Positions 17,328 to 18,149 of a stretch of 18,149 bases of DNA are shown piece by piece. Under the pieces are notes generated by a model, which saw nothing but the letters and a program-made list of their open reading frames with translations, made no database searches and had not been told where the DNA came from. Made by a program: the position numbers and the translations under genes. Position 1 is the first letter of the stretch. Each line of letters begins with the position of its first letter. The DNA is from Oligoflexales bacterium (lineage in GTDB: Bacteria; Bdellovibrionota_B; Oligoflexia; Oligoflexales; CAIYRB01): assembly GCA_041736175.1 (NCBI GenBank), contig JBGSUI010000012.1:1-18149 (forward strand), given 5' to 3'.

Positions 17328-17354
17328 GTTAGAAATTCACGTTAATTTATAACA
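17327..17354. promoter_or_regulatory. 28-bp near-perfect palindrome, putative AbiEi operator
   Basis: TGTTAGAAATTCAC|GTTAATTTATAACA, with 12/14 arm match, immediately upstream of the antitoxin. Confidence 0.65.
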
Positions 17355-17425
17355 CATCAGTTTAAAAAAATGAACATATATTAAGGCAACTGGGCGAATC
17401 GATTTAGATCTAGAGAGTTTACTAA

Positions 17426-17660
17426 ACTATCACCCACGCTAAGTTCCGCCGAATCCTCCGTCGCGCCGGTTTGGCTATTGCAATAGCAGACCGGAAAACT
17501 TTCCACTGCCTGAGACATACCTTTGCCAGTGAGTTTATGCGGACGGGGAGGTCGGCTGGCTGACTTGCAGCAGCTCCTGGGCCACTCGACCATCAAGCAG
17601 ACTGAGAAGTACGTGCATTTTGCTCCTGACTACTTGCTAACAGCAGCAGTGTTCGCTATT
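17426..17660 (+). pseudogene. Tyrosine recombinase/integrase C-terminal relic, frameshifted
   Basis: From 17441: KFRRILRRAGL...FHCLRHTFASEFMRTG (box I HxLR). After a frameshift at the G-run near 17545 it continues GGRLADLQQLLGHSTIKQTEKYVH (box II with catalytic Tyr). A stop at 17423 closes the upstream frame. Confidence 0.88.
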
Positions 17661-17748
17661 TCGTATATTCAAGACCAATGTTCTAAAAAGGTAAAAAGCA
17701 TCGAATGCCCTTCATTCATATTGATTGCCCTATCTCTAGTCGGGATCC

Positions 17749-18065
17749 CTATTTTACTCGCGTAAATTTACCTTCGTACAATTCAACGGACCTCTCATCA
17801 CGAGTATTACAGCAGAATAGACCTCCTTCTAGACCATGTGACAAACTTCCGTCTTTTATAGATAAAATATCATAGGTTATACACGTTGTGCCGGCCATAT
17901 TAACACCCCCGATCCATTCTACTTCATAGGCGTTTGAGACTGCTGAGCTTTTTGGTCCCAATTTGACTTCGCCTATTCTGGTCCAAGGATTGGTATCGTT
18001 TGATTCATCTGAGGGGCACCGATTTCATTCAGGGTTTTCAGCGTCAAATACCCACTTCCTAATCA
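17749..18065 (-). pseudogene. Degraded hypothetical gene
   Basis: The 70-aa ORF frame continues upstream (NRCPSDESNDTNPWTRIGEVK) to an in-frame TGA and beyond it (KWVFDAENPE). No family recognised. Confidence 0.3.
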
Positions 18066-18149
18066 TCTAAAACCATGGAAATAACAGGCCCTTCCCTGAA
18101 AGTACTTGAAAAGTTCTCCAAGGAAGGGCTTAAGAATTGTTTTAATAAC

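Noticed and set aside
17523..17765. The 80-aa ORF as a functional small recombinase
   Set aside because: It is only the post-frameshift part of a broken integrase, running into unrelated sequence.

Overview
The window has two halves. The left half (1-8.5 kb) looks like resident Gram-negative chromosome. It holds a 5'-truncated TonB-dependent receptor tail, a DoxX protein, a di-heme cytochrome c peroxidase, a convergent five-gene cluster (beta-barrel/porin-like gene plus CotH-kinase lipoprotein facing VTC polyphosphate polymerase, DUF4956 and an SdiA-regulated-like propeller) and a PHB-depolymerase-type lipoprotein esterase. Two sigma54-like promoters precede the VTC and esterase genes. The right half (about 9.0-18.1 kb) is an accessory region cut into three units by a ~90-bp repeat with paired GTTACCCC boxes. 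Two of the three repeat copies adjoin the reverse complement of a tmRNA-like 3' end (CGCCGCCTCCACCA), which suggests a decayed tandem array of related integrative elements. Each unit keeps one toxin-antitoxin module (HigBA-like, an unusual DUF4258-like/HTH pair, AbiE), each with a visible palindromic operator. Two units also carry a 3' relic of a gene that is intact in the neighbouring unit. A frameshifted tyrosine-integrase tail, an IS3-like miniature element and a DUF3892 + BamE-like gene pair are also present. All family calls come from reading motifs by eye; no database searches were run.
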